Assembly (NCBI GenBank): GCA_905178155.1
Contig: CAJINV010000004.1
Location: 8,392,882-8,456,881, forward strand
Origin: Amoebophrya sp. A120
Taxonomy: Eukaryota; Protista; Dinoflagellata
DNA: 64,000 nucleotides
Direction: 5' to 3'
Within the stretch, counting starts at the first letter, position 1. Each line of letters begins with the position of its first letter. Below the pieces are notes generated by a model. The model was given only the letters and a program-made list of their open reading frames with translations. It made no database searches and was not told the DNA's origin. This document shows, piece after piece, positions 23,901-36,625 of this stretch. The position numbers and the translations under genes were made by a program.

Positions 23901-24680
23901 GGTCGTCGACCACCGGCACTAAGGCACGAGAAGAAGTGGCGGTCGCCATTTCCTCCTTCTGGTGCGATACACTTCCACCACCTCCCCTCAAAAAATTCTG
24001 TGCCCGCGAGAGCAAACCGCCCACTGTGGCTTTAGCGCGACCAAAAATAGAGCCCTGGTCGGCCTTAGCGGCCGGTGCGGATGCGGTACTACCATCGGTT
24101 TTTTGACGGTTTTTGGGTTCGTCGCTCTTGTGGTCCGTGCCAGACGAAAACCATGACCGTCTTGTGGGCCACCATCCGCCACCTTCAGTTTCTGTGGCTT
24201 TAGCTGGTTCAGTGGCTGGTAGTTTGGATGCGGAATCTACGGGTTTTTTTTTGGAGGACTCCTTCTCACTGCTGCTGCCACGCGAAAACCACGAAAACCA
24301 TCCGCCAGTTTCAGTTTCTGTTTTCCATCATCGCACAGAAAAAAAGCAGCTGGCGCACCATAATATTTATGCCATAATCATAATGCCAAAGAGAATATGC
24401 TGGAAAGGACAGCGCTTTATGCGGGAGGACTGGGCATGTTGTTCATGCTGTGCAACCCTGATGTCATTTCCTTTTCCATCTTCCCTTTGAGTTACGCTTT
24501 TACTTTTTCATACATAATTTGCATCAAAAAACACTACAGCGTGCTAGCATCGTTTTCTGCGATATCGATTCCTTCTCCTGGACGGCCTCGACTTGGAGAA
24601 TGGAAAATCCGCGGTGTGATACGAGACCGGGAGCCACGTGAAGTGAGGTTGAAAATCTTCCCTGCTGCCACGAAGTTCTT
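21000..24680 (-). CDS. Hypothetical protein, paralog B; both ends uncertain
   Basis: Six introners removed in frame: KES|KTET, PST|RMRKK, NTAL|PAAV, AIS|VGAL, KLL|SDEA, VGP|MTDD. Confidence 0.75.
21514..21764. mobile_element. Introner family A (251 bp)
   Basis: TIR TATCAACTG(T/C)AAAA; perfect TSD tggga. Confidence 0.9.
21831..22093. mobile_element. Introner family A (263 bp)
   Basis: Perfect TSD cagga. Confidence 0.9.
22902..23153. mobile_element. Introner family A2 (252 bp)
   Basis: Perfect TSD cgcta. Confidence 0.9.
23220..23425. mobile_element. Introner (206 bp), distinct family
   Basis: TATCAAAGAAAAAAAGTTCGTCAC...GTGACAAACTTTTTTCTCTCCATA; perfect TSD cagag; empty site near 11063. Confidence 0.9.
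23582..23845. mobile_element. Introner family A (264 bp)
   Basis: Perfect TSD ctcgt. Confidence 0.9.
24329..24564. mobile_element. Old introner shared with 14507-14724
   Basis: Flanks tccat/tcgat; removal eliminates an in-frame TGA. Confidence 0.65.
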
Positions 24681-24960
24681 CTTTGAGATCTCAAGAATTT
24701 GAATTTGAAGAACGGCGGGCCACCACGCGAGCTCTGTATACAAACTTTTCGCGTCGTCCTTTCTGTTTATATATATTTCGAACTGGTGTTCTACAATACT
24801 TACTACTGGCCGCGGTCACATTCTTTTGATGAAAAATCCCGGACCCGCGTGGCTGAGTCTCATCTTAAGGCCTCGAGCGGGGAACATTTTCCGCTGAATA
24901 AAAGGTGCGCGACCAGGACCAACTTGAGCGTTTGTGTGAGCTTCATCCTGCTTTCTCTGG

Positions 24961-25281
24961 TATCAAAATGAAAAAAGCCCCCACCCCATATCAGAAGCGG
25001 AAGCTGCGCGAATTTGTGATGCTGTATTTGAGCACACAAATCGACTTGTATTGCTAGAAGGCCAAGAGACGAAGCTGCGGCCTAAATTGCAGGCAATCTG
25101 TCATGCTGTTCCCCACTTCGAGTTCCCTCCTGTCATCCTGGAGCTGCAAGGCTTTCCCACGCTAGGCAGCACTACAGTCCGCATCTTTTGCCTTCTAGCA
25201 TCACAAAGCTGATTTGTGACCACAAATCTGCATCACAGATTTTCGGTTTGATATGGGGAGGGGGCATTTTTCATTGTAATA
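24961..25281. mobile_element. Introner family E (321 bp), upstream of paralog B, apparently non-coding
   Basis: Perfect TSD tctgg; nearly identical to 55733-56053; empty site near 15192. Confidence 0.9.
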
Positions 25282-26505
25282 TCTGGCGAAATTTCTTCAC
25301 CTGGTCCTCGCCCGGCTTGGAGATGCGGTTCGACAAATCGATAGTAGGTTTCAATATTTCGACCTCTTTTTCTCGTTTATTTGCACATCGTTGTACTGTT
25401 TCGACATTTCATTTTTCACCTGAGTTCTTATCCCTCGATCGCGATCCAATTGAAAAAGAAAAACAAAGTTCCATAAAGAGTTTAAAACCAGTCGGAATGG
25501 TTGGTATATGTGCCTACTTCTTGAAATTGTTTTGTCAGTGGTACTAGAGAGAAAACTGCAAGTATTTTTGATACGGCAATGTTAACATCATAAAGAGAGT
25601 ACTAGAGGGGATAAGACTTTCGTACAAATAATCCCTGGGAAAACATAAACCATCACGTCGTGGTCACGAACAAGAGAAATATGTACTAGCAAATCAACAT
25701 AGAGGAGCAAACTACAAACACGTCTTAGGTAGGCGAGTTTCAGTCACCGCGAAGAGTGGTTTCCAGGAGACCGACGAGGGAATATTTAAGTATATTATCC
25801 AACAGCGTTATTTTCAAGGACGACCAACCGAAGCGCTTCTGTACTGTACGGTGCTTCTAGTTCACGAGGAAGCCAGAGGTGCGGAACCACACGACAGCAT
25901 CATTCTCGATTGTGCCGACGCGCTAACATTTGACCTCCACTTGGGAACCGACAAATTATCGCAACAAATTAGTTAGTAGTAGTACTATCCGAGGCATAGC
26001 TGTGTTGAGTGCATATACAGGAGGACAGCGCGGCCAACACAAAAATGCTCACGACCAGGCGATGTACGACACGGAACCGATATATACTCAATGGAGAAAT
26101 AATCCAAACCGAGTTTCAAGTTGTACGCAGCTCGAATAAATTTGGCAAACCGATGAAGATATTGTCTCGGAAAAGAACTTAACCGACTGATAGAATTCTG
26201 CCGGGATTATTCATTCCAGCGTGAGTACAGGCCAAATCCGAAGACGCTCCGTTCTCGCATGGCGACACAGGAGGCAAAAGCGTCAGGAATAGAGCTGATC
26301 AATCCTTTATCTTTTTCTCTTTCAATATTTTCTTGAAAACAATCGAAAAAGTACAAGTTCGCGAATTATAGCGTCGTATTGCATTTACTATTTCGTTTCG
26401 AAGACCTGATAGATCTTGATATCAAGTGGAGTATTAAGTCGACATTTTGGTTCTGTTACTCGTTCAAACTACCTTCGTCAGCTCTTCTACCTCCGTCGCG
26501 GCTCC

Positions 26506-29500
26506 TCACGTGAAGTCCAAATCGTCGATATTTAAAGTTTTTGACCAAGCGATAAGATCATCCTCCCCACTTGTGCGCAGCGACCAGGGAGAGGCGGGCG
26601 TCAGCCGGGTGCTACGGCGAGACGGCGACGCGTGCCAGCGGGTCGGGCTCGTAGTTGAACTTGGGGAAGTAGACGACAGGCTCGAAGATACACCCAACTT
26701 CTTTTCCACGACCCGCCCAGCGTCACCTCCCTTCGGCGAGTTTGCTAGTGCTGGAGAAGCAGTTGTGGCAGCACCGGTGGTTGATGTAGACAACTTGTTT
26801 ATGATCTCGTGAGGTCGCCGGGATGATGAACTTGCAGCCTGGTCCTTCCTTACATCCGCTGGTACGTTCGCTTTGTTTTCAACCGGTGTGGCACCAGTGC
26901 GGGTACTGTAGAGTAGTTCGATAATTTCTTGAACGTTAGAAAGGTTATTTGTTCTAGACGTTGACAGCGAAAAAACGGCTTCTTCTCTCGGAATGAGGCA
27001 TTAGTTGCGTTGCTTTTTATGTACAAATACGAAATACGACCTCAGTGATATAAATTTCGTCGACAGAGACGCAAAACCAAAAGTTTCTTCGAATCCTGCT
27101 CAATATAAGTAGTACCTTTTCTTTTTCCTTGCTGCCCCGCCCGGTGACGATACCCCAACGCCAGTCTGGTGAAAGTAGTGCTTCTGCAAGATCTTTTGTC
27201 CCGGTGTGGGCTCTATCAACTGCAAACATGATCGCTCTGGCAGCTGTGGAAAGCCAACGGAGGTGCAGTATATGAAGCTGCTGCATTTTCGTCTTCGCAG
27301 CAGGCACGAGTCCATGCCCTTGTCGGCAATGCTTGGGGACTACTCATAGGTATCGAAGCACTCTACCTACTTAAAAAAATCCCGAGCATAGTTGTAGAAT
27401 CATGCCTCAGTTAATCTTTTTAAGCTCAGTACCCTGTAGGAAACTTTCCAACTTCAGCTTCCAGACACAGAGGCGATCGACTTGATTTGCATTTGATAGG
27501 TTCGTATCGCGTGTAGCGCTGTTCCTTGAGATATGCAAAGAAAAAACCAGTTTCACTGTGATGATGTTGCAAGATCTGCATCACAAGTTTGGTACACATG
27601 AGACTAAAAACCTGTTATGCGCGTTTACCAAGGGAAAACACGCTTGAAATTCCAATGCCTTGCAGGTGTAGCAAGACAAATACTTCTGTGTTCCATTTTC
27701 TGCATCACAAGTTCACAGTGAAACAGTTTTTTCTTGCGATAGGAGAAGCTGTGCTATCGCGTCATCGACGACGTCGACTTCTCGTGCTGGTTGCGACCAC
27801 CCGGGCTCTTGCCGGTCCTCGTCCTGGGCGCGATCATGATCTGCCAGCGGCAAGGGTTCTTCCTCCCTCTCGTCCGTGGAGCCGGCTCGTCGGTCAAAAA
27901 CAGGAGCCTGGGCACCATGGGGTAGTTGTAGTTCTGTTGGTGTTGTTCCATGATGATCCTGCTGTGGCTGCCGTGGGTCGTGCTTCTGCTGCAGAGGCAA
28001 CATTTGTGTAGTTTCTGCTGTTCGTGTTTCCCGGCGTGGGTCGGAGGCCGTGGGGTTGTCAGGAGCGCCGGGCGTTTGTCGGTTTTGTTTCGACGGACCA
28101 CGCACTTCCTCTTCATGAGCTTTCCCTTTTCTTTCTTTTTCTGTCTCCGACATCGAAGAAGCAGCACCACTAGTGCTGTCGGCTTTAATATTAGTACTGG
28201 TCCACACAGGAGGAGGAGGTCGTGGACCTTCTTGTATTACGCTGCTGGCGCCAGATGAACTTGCGGTCCTTTCCGGGAGGAGGTGTTGGTGGCTTTCCTC
28301 CGGTTTTTTATTACCTGACATTGCGACTTTCGACGGCGTGAGCTGCTCGACCACTTGCAGCATGTTGTTCTGAAACTTCGCAAAAATGTCCTCCACGGCG
28401 GCGCTGCTGATAATTCCTGTAGTTGTGAGGGGCGAGGTATTTGACGGCGGTGTAGTTATTCTCCCCGTAGTTTCGATGTCTACCGCTTGTCGTGGCAAGA
28501 AATACTTTTCTTGTCCGCGATCCTGCTGAAGATCGTGGTCCGGAAGCGCAGCCCCGGTGTCGTCGTCCTCGTATCAAATGCAAATATGTTTGGGTCTGGG
28601 AAATTGCAAGACTTGTATATGCTCTGCTGACAGGAGACAAAGATCTGTGAAGTAGATGCACGTTCCGCTACCGCGCTGCTTTTTAGTATATGCAAAAACG
28701 CAGCTTTTCATGCAGTCTACGCAAGAACTAGTCCCTCAGAAACTTGTCATGCGTGTCCCCGCCATATTGGATGTTGCTTGTGATCCGCAGACTAGCATCA
28801 CAACTTTCCAGACCCAGACATGTTTGCAATGCATACCTCGAGACAGACGTCCAAAGTTTGGCTGTCAGTGGACAGCCCGTACAACTTTTTCATGCTCTCG
28901 ATCCGCAGGAGGCGTCGCTTCTTGTGCGTCAGGTTGGTTGTGGTGGCAAGATTGGTGGTTGTAGATAATGCTGCTCCGCTGCCAGCGCCACCTCCTCGTC
29001 GGTGGAGAGCGGCCATGCCGCTGCTCGCGCGCGGTCTCGAAGAAGGAAGACCGGAGGAGGTAGTTCTTCTCGCGAACTGAGACAGTCCAACTTCCGCGTG
29101 CCTGCCCTGGTCCGCGAGAAACTGTGCCAGCGCATCCTGTTGTTCAGCGGCCTCCTGCTGTTTCCCCGCCGCGGGAGAGGAAGATGAAATGGGCCCGGTG
29201 CGGAAATTGTAGTCGGGTAGCAGCTCCCGGGCTGCTGTCGTGCCATCCGCTTCTGAGAGCCGCTTTTCCGGGTGTAGCAAGCTGTTCGAGTACTTGCGGG
29301 TAGACGTAGGAAAGGCCTGGAGACTGTTGCTGGCGCGCTCCCAGTATCGGTGGTATTCGGTCAGTTGGTCCGATTGCGTGCGTCGCGACGAGGTACCATT
29401 TCCAACCGTACTCGAAATGTTTCCCCCGGCACGACGGTGGTCGCCGTGCTGCGCGAACTCGCTGACCTTGGCGTGGTTCGCGATCACCTGCGCCAGCCGG

Positions 29501-29532
29501 TACTCCTGCCACGGACCGATGTAAAGTGGCAT
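26506..29532 (-). CDS. Hypothetical protein (N-terminus MPLYIGPWQEYRLAQVI, C-terminus DDLIAWSKTLNIDDLDFT)
   Basis: In frame after removing introners 28572-28835, 27532-27741, 27214-27498 and GT-AG intron 26906-27115. Confidence 0.75.
27214..27498. mobile_element. Old degenerate introner
   Basis: TATCAACTGCAAA...TTTGCATTTGATA; flanks ggctc/ggttc; removal gives RYEP|TPGQK. Confidence 0.75.
27532..27741. mobile_element. Introner family B (210 bp)
   Basis: Similar to 39678-39886; flanks tgaga/ggaga; empty site near 16034. Confidence 0.9.
28572..28835. mobile_element. Introner family A (264 bp)
   Basis: Perfect TSD cctcg; removal gives VCLE|DDDTG. Confidence 0.9.
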
Positions 29533-30548
29533 AGTACGGCAAAAGTTTGGTAGGCGTTGGTGCCCGCGGGCGCTGGGTCGCAAGCACTACTCCAGCAGGA
29601 TTGGATTTCTCTTTCCAGTTCTATTTCCTCTTCGAAGCGGTTTTCAACTGTCACTACGTGAAGTTGGAGATCCGCTGCCGCACCATTCAGGCTTTCGACA
29701 ATCCCGGCAACGCGAGAGGCGGGGGGCATCTTGCGCTCGCCCTGGTAATACCGGCCATGTTTGTGTTCGTAAACAAAAAAAATCGTCTCAGGCTACTTGC
29801 TGTAGCTACGGAAGTTCGTTTCTGTTTCTGAATGAACAAGTTAGTAGCATAAACATCGTACAAGTTCGTTGACTTATTTCCAGACGACCCAGATCGATAA
29901 GCATTTGCATTTGATGATGTGATTGTATTGGTCGTCATCTAGCGTGGCAGAGGCAGACAACGAAAGCTACAAGATGATCCCATAGGACGATAACGAGGAC
30001 CACGACAACGACCACTCTTTGATGCAATTGACATGATGTTTTCGTACGTTCTGCAGAGTGAGGCGGCCGAGCCGAAGTAAGGAGCCCTCTGGCTCCTACT
30101 AAGGTTTCTATCACCACTATTTCTGCGTGTTTCCAGCACTTAGCGTGTCTAGTCTCCACTCAACACGCTTTCTAGTCTTTCACTTTCTCTACTGCTCAAT
30201 CGCTCGGTCTGCTCTCGTCGTCATCCGTCGAGATCATGTTGAACCTTTCGGAACGACCAGGCTCTCGCGTGCAGAACGCTAGCCGCTCAAGGCTCCCGCC
30301 AGGAGAACATGTTGCGCTGGCAATCAAGGGCTCGTCAACCGTTTCGAGTTTTTTTTCAAGGACAATTTTTGAGAGCAGAAATGATGTAGTAAGCATCGTC
30401 GTGCTATTGCATCTCGACAAAAGACTTTTGTTTACCGTATGTGCCCCGTGTCGTGCGGCTGAGCGGTTGAAACCGCAAAGACAACCGCGGTGTCATAAAG
30501 AAAAAATGATTCTTGTGGTTCCTCGTGTAGTTCTACCGGCATCTGCCT

Positions 30549-33500
30549 TTACACCAGGCCCATGACTTCTGGCGGTGAGCGGGGTCTTGTTCCAGCTGCT
30601 GCCTCGCCAAAAACTTTTGAATTGCCTCCGGAACAAACAAGACCGACCGTTTCAAAATCCTCTTCCACGTGCAACCGCAGCGTGTCGTCCGGCACCAATC
30701 TTCGTAGGTCGATTGGCAACCCCGTCCGGCCCACGTAGCCCGCGGTTACGGAAAATTTCACCGCGTCCCAACTTGTCAGCACTTTTCCGTTTGCAAAGAG
30801 TTTTAGTGGCGGGTACTGCAGATCGAGGGAAGTAGGGTCGTCGTTGTTGTCGCGGACATGGTCGCTATTAGGGTGTATATCCTGATGTAGAAATTCTTCT
30901 TCATCGTTTGAGGGAGACGAAGAGGACATAATTCCCGTGTTTTTTTCCACCGTGGCCGAAACATCAGTGATCCAAACCTGCAGCAGGTCCTGCTGGTCAG
31001 GGTCATCGAGGGGATCTGGTGCCTGTAGGTGCTTCTTGTTGATGCCCGAAGAGGAGGAGGAGGAGGAGGAGGACGACGTGGCAGGGGCAGAATTGAAGAT
31101 CACTTCCTGCTGTTGACCACTACCCTGGTTATTCGCTGTCGTGGTTTTTTCATTTATCGTGGTGTTCTTGACCACCTTGCTCTTTGACTTTCGTTTTCGC
31201 ATGCCGAGCCGGAACTGGAAATACCTCTGTCTGCCACCCAAGAACTGGGAGATGGTCGGAGAGCTGTAGAGGTCGAGGTCGTGCTGACACCAAGCCAGCT
31301 TTTTCCGCACGTTTCCGACCACCCACACGGCGGGGGAAAGAACCACTTTGTTGTCCAAAGACTTGACCTCCTCCTCCACGTGCATCACTGCTGGGTACTC
31401 GAGAATTTCGATTCCGACTGTGTCGGGCAAGGCGTACGGGGCGTCCAGCTTTCTTTTATAGTCGGCTGGAAGGTCCGGGAGGCGCCGGTAGGGGTGGAAT
31501 GTATTCGGCGCGAACGTCGCCTCGCCCCACATCTCCCCCTCCGCGAGCTCCCGGGAGTACACAAACCGCACCTGATGCAGGTCCTGGATTGGTTTCAGTG
31601 CGGCGGGGGCAACATGCGTCACATCGTCTTCGAGAGCAGCCGTGGCAGTGGTAGATGAGGACTGTGCTTGTAGTTGCATCAGTGTTTGTAGTTCTCCTCT
31701 TCCCCCTCGTCGTGCCGCGTTAGCATCCAAGATGGTAGCCTCGGGCACCGGCGTGTCCGCGAAAAGAGCAAAGGTGATCATCGAGGACTTCGGTCTACAA
31801 CTTGTACTTGTCGCGCTGGACAAGGTCATCTTATATTGCGGAAGCATCCTCCCGTCTTCCGTTTTTTGTGCACTACGAGAATCAAGCCGATTAGAAGTTT
31901 TCCCATCCACCTGGACGCCTACCAACTTGCTTCCACGCTGTCCAAGACCCTTCTGCTCCTTCACCGCCTGAAGCTTCTGGGCAAAGTAGGGCGAGACTTT
32001 GCTTCTCGCCACGGCAACCGGGTCAAGGTTGCTTTCATAGTAAAAGTAATCCGCCGGGGGAGTAGGAGGTTCTGCGGCAGCTGGTGGTGCTGTTGACAAC
32101 AGATTTGTATCCGAACAAACCATGCCCTGCTGTGGTCCCCCAGGCACCTCCGGATCTGCTGCGTGGTCTTTGGACGATCCAGCTGGCATTACGACAGGTT
32201 GGTCCTCGCCCGAGCTGCCATCCTCAGTTCCACGAAGTAGAACTTCCTCAATTTTGCACCGCAGTACGTAGAACGAGAAGCAGTCGTCCCGCCTACACAG
32301 GTCGTTGCCCTCGCGGTAAAATCGAAATTTCAAAGCCATGTTGGCGAGAAAGAAAACCTCGGAGTCGACGTAGTCTTGCTGAAGGACGGCGGAACCGGAA
32401 GTAGGATTTGCATTTTCATCTACAAGAACTGAATCTTCGGAATCAGAACTGACGTCTTGGGCCCTTCTGTTGACCTCGTCCCCCGGGAAGGAAACGAGGA
32501 GTCTGGGTTTTTGGTTTTGCAGCTTGTTTACAATTGGGTCAAGAGCTGCAGGTGCCTTCTTGTCATCGTAATTCGAATTCCCCGCAAGCAGCTGCAGCTT
32601 CGACGCGTTATTATTTGCACCAGTTGCATAATGTTCATGTTGGTTCTTCTCCTTCCCGCGCAGATTCACCAAGCCGGTGAGGTATTCGATGCGCCGGGGG
32701 GTCGCTTGGCCCTTCACTTTCCCTGACGTCGCAGTGATCTCCATCTGGAAGGGGGGCGTTGTGGTAGTAGAAGTGGGCGCAGGAGCATGAGTAGACACGA
32801 CTGCGCTTGTTCCAGATGTTGTGCCATGCGTGTAGTTCTGCTGTATCATTTTCACCTGTTCCTTCTCGTTTGTCCGGTCCATTCGGTTCTCCACTTGAGT
32901 TGCCGCAGTATCCGTTTTCAGCAAAGTCTGTTGCTGTTCCTGCGATTGATTCTTCCAATGAACAGTTCTGCCGCCGACCTTCCACCGGACTATGCGCGCA
33001 TTGGGAAAGAGCATCTCCGCTTCGATTTTGCCGTCCGTGCGTGTTCCAGCACCCCTCTTCGCTACCACGGGGTTTGCTTGTTTCATGTTCAACATCTTTG
33101 CGGGGTCTGGCCCCCGACAAGTGCCATTTTTAATGTGAAAGATATCATTTCCTCGGGAAAGAACAAGCCGTACTTCATCCTCGTACCCCCTCATTCCCTG
33201 AACGTAATAGCTCGTCACCGCGTTCCGGTGCAGAAAATGCTGCAGAAACTCTATGGCCAAAGCCGTTTTGGAGGAGAGTCGGTGTAGTGGTCCTTGTAGC
33301 AGTGCAAAGTGGACCATCGCCCCGCTGCTGTCCTGCTTCATCTGCATTACCTCTTCTTCACATGATGCTGCACCGTTCGGAGCTGCAAGAGGGGGAGAAG
33401 CTTGTTCTGCGCGATCACTCCCTGGCAGCTGCACCGTCTGCCGTTCAGAAGTATCACGACCACGAGACGGCGAGACGGGTGCTCTCACTTCATCCAGTAA

Positions 33501-35862
33501 AAAGTCGGGAGGCAACACCAATTCAGGACCCACCTCTATCGCAGCAAGATCCGCAGTGGGTGTAACAGCAGTTTCAGTTGCTGTGGCTGTGGCAGAAAAT
33601 GGGAAAGCGGTTGCAGTGGCCGAAAAAGATTGCTTTGCGCCGGTATTTATCGTCACCACTTGGTCGTAGTTGCTCTGTGGTAAACAATCAATTTGGTCTT
33701 GCAACATTGTCGCACCAACATCCACGTCGTTCTTGCTCGTCCCATGACGTACTTCAAAATCCGCAGGAACTACTACACCAGTCGCAACATGACGTTTTGG
33801 TGAAGACCAGTCAACAAAGTCCGTCAAGAACACGTGCGGCGGCAGGTGCGGCACCAGCAGTAGGGTTTCGCTGTGCAGACTCACCAAGATTTTCCCGTTC
33901 GTCAACTGCAAATCGCAAATTTCCTTGGCCGTCAGCCAACCATTGTGCGCGACAAGGGAGAACACCTCGGCGGCAAGATGGATGGCGGATGATGAAAAAC
34001 GTCGGGTGGACTGGCTGTCACCAGAGGGCTTGTCGTCGTTGTTTTTTGCACAGATGTTGAGCTGTGCTGTGTTCATTCCTTGTTGCTCGCCGCCGCTTTG
34101 CTGGTGAACGCTTTTGCTGCTGGTCATCTCATCTCCCCTAGCTTTGTTGTTCGTTCCTTTTGCGTTGTAATTCGCCTGCAGCTGGTGCCCACCTTTGGAA
34201 TAATTTGTGCTGTCATGAGTACTACTAGTTATGGTGCCGTTTTTCTGTGTTCCACGCGGAGGACCTCCATCTTTACCTTTTACGAAGGAGCCCTTGAAAG
34301 GATGAACAAAGCCTCCCTTGGCTGGAAAGAAGTTGAGGCCCATCTTCGGCCTGCCTTGCGGGACAAATTGAGAAAAAAAACCTCCGGTTGTTGCTTGTTC
34401 CGTGCTTTTGTCGTAGCTGCCTTTTTTTCCAAGAAACCCGCTAAAGATTATTCTTCCACCTTGCCAAAAACTCGTAGATTGCGGTCGGCTGATGGTCCGC
34501 GTGGGTGCTGGAGGTTCTTGTTCTTTCTTATTGGCATTTACAATGCTGTTGGCAACATCGTTAACGACAGGCGAAGCAGATTTATTCTTGTCGCCACCTT
34601 GACCTTTTGATATTCCCTTTCCGCCGACTAGATTATATCGTTGCTCCACCAGCACCTTCGGGGGTAGAATTGTATCCGGGCTTTGTCGCAGCTCTTCAGC
34701 CAGGCGGTCTACCTCACTCTCGCAGCTGTTGAGGGGGTCATCGAAATCAGACGGTACGCCAGTAGCTGGGGTGGTGAGCAAGGAGCCGTTCTTTGACAGC
34801 AGCTTCTCTATCGCTCCTGGAACCCCGCCTGTAAAAGTTCTTGAACCGCCCCTACTAATATCTGCTGTGGTCTTGTAGTTTCTTCCACAGGTGGCGGCCT
34901 CCACAGCTGTAGTTGCCGGGGATTTATTTTGTTGCTTTTCTTTCTCAACAACATCCGAAAATGATCTTCCTGCAGCATGAGCCACACCTTCTGGACCTCC
35001 TTGTTGTCCTTCGCGAGCAAGGAGCGCAATCAGGTCAGTTATGGCGTTCTCAACTGTTACATTCCCAACTGTTACATGAAATTGTGATGCAAGAATGGCA
35101 AAATTGAAAGGGATGACCTTCTGCGTCTTGCATGACAGATTTGGCACAGATTCTCCGCCTGTTTGGCACTTCGAGCATTTGTCATGCGAAGCAGCTAGGT
35201 CGTGTCGATTCTGAAGGTAGTTTTGCATGACAAATCATGTAAACAGTTGAGAATGTTGTAACGATTGAGAGCCCCATATCAATAAGGCCTTGGATTTCTT
35301 TCTCCTTCTCTTTCTTCAGCTGCTCTGCTTCCTTCGTCTGCTCGTCTTGCTGTTGGTCATTTGTGCCGGTTTTAACACTGCAGGGCTCCACAGTAGAAGC
35401 AGCTCTAGCTCTAGAATCAAGGACTCCCAGCTCCGCGTACGCGTCTTGCAACCTCTTCACCAGGTACAATTCGCGTTCCGCCTGCACTAACTTCTCCACC
35501 TTCTCGGCGTGGCACTTTCTTACCCGCTGTAGCACCGCGCCGGCCTCGCCGAAATGACGCTGGGATGTTGACCAGGCGGCTCCTTTTGCGGCCTGGTGCT
35601 GGGCCCGCTTGCAGGAAACGAGGAATGCGGAAACGGGAAAATGGTTCAATTGCGAAGATGTTGTTGTGCAAGGAGTTGTGAGTACATCTTTCAGGGGCAC
35701 GGCGGCGCCAGCATTTTCGCTTTTGCTTTTCTTCGTCTCTTTACTATTCTCTGCGACCTCTTCGACCTGTAGTTCTTGTTCGCTTGCAAGAATTTGTTCG
35801 TGGCGCAACAAGTTCGACGGAAGTTCTTGAACCGGGGCGCTGCGACGTTTTGTCGTTGACAT
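30549..35862 (-). CDS. Large hypothetical protein (about 1690 aa, two exons), low complexity
   Basis: ORFs 35182-35862 and 30549-35228 join in frame (IDMGL|LAREGQQ) on removing 35026-35268 plus one repeat. Confidence 0.75.
35026..35268. mobile_element. Atypical introner-like element (243 bp), non-TAT ends
   Basis: Inverted ends (G/T)CAATC...TTCTCAACTGTT(T)ACA; 4-bp repeat gagc; several GCATGACA/TGTGATGC motifs. Confidence 0.65.
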
Positions 35863-36625
35863 GTTGATTTATCGATTTATTTTTCTTTATTTCGCAGCTC
35901 AGCCTCAGACTAGTTCTCGTTCTTGAGGGAATTATGATTCCCAGCTTCCTTAATGCCGTGCATAAATGGGGCCGTCGGAACAAGGATGACGGCGAACCTA
36001 CTTCGCCCTTTGTTTTATGGAAAAAGAACATTTTCATTGTTCTCTTCGTTTTGTATAGGAAGTTCTTTTCTCGAAAACACAGGACGAAAAAAAAGCTCGA
36101 CCACTGTAGGTATTCTATTGTTGTCTTTTTGAGGTCCTGAGTCGTAGTGGTCGCGCAGGCAGGATGGGCAAAGTTGTAGTCCTTGCCATGATTAGCGTAT
36201 GAAGTTGCAGCTTGCTACATACCAAGAAAACCAATGGGGTTCCTGAGTGTCTTAGGCCGTCGATCTGTAACGGCAAGAGATGATCGATAACAGACCTGGA
36301 CGGCCATCGCAATGACATTGCGGATGATCCATATTTACAGGGCTAGTGCGTTTGAATTGACATCGTACAGCCTGCATCTGGCAGAGTTAAGCATATATTT
36401 TCTGGTGCTGCTGGTTTGTGATTGTCCGGAACACTGATAATTCCTTTCGGTGGCTGCTGTCCTCGCATCCCTGTACGCTTCGTGCTTCATATACTTAAAC
36501 TCAAATCGGCTCCAAAACTTAAAATCTTGGTTTTCGTGTAAATCCGATAGAAAAAATATAGCAAAATGTCGCCAACTTTGTCTTTGGCGTCAGCATTGAC
36601 GTCTCCAAAACACGTATACAAAACG

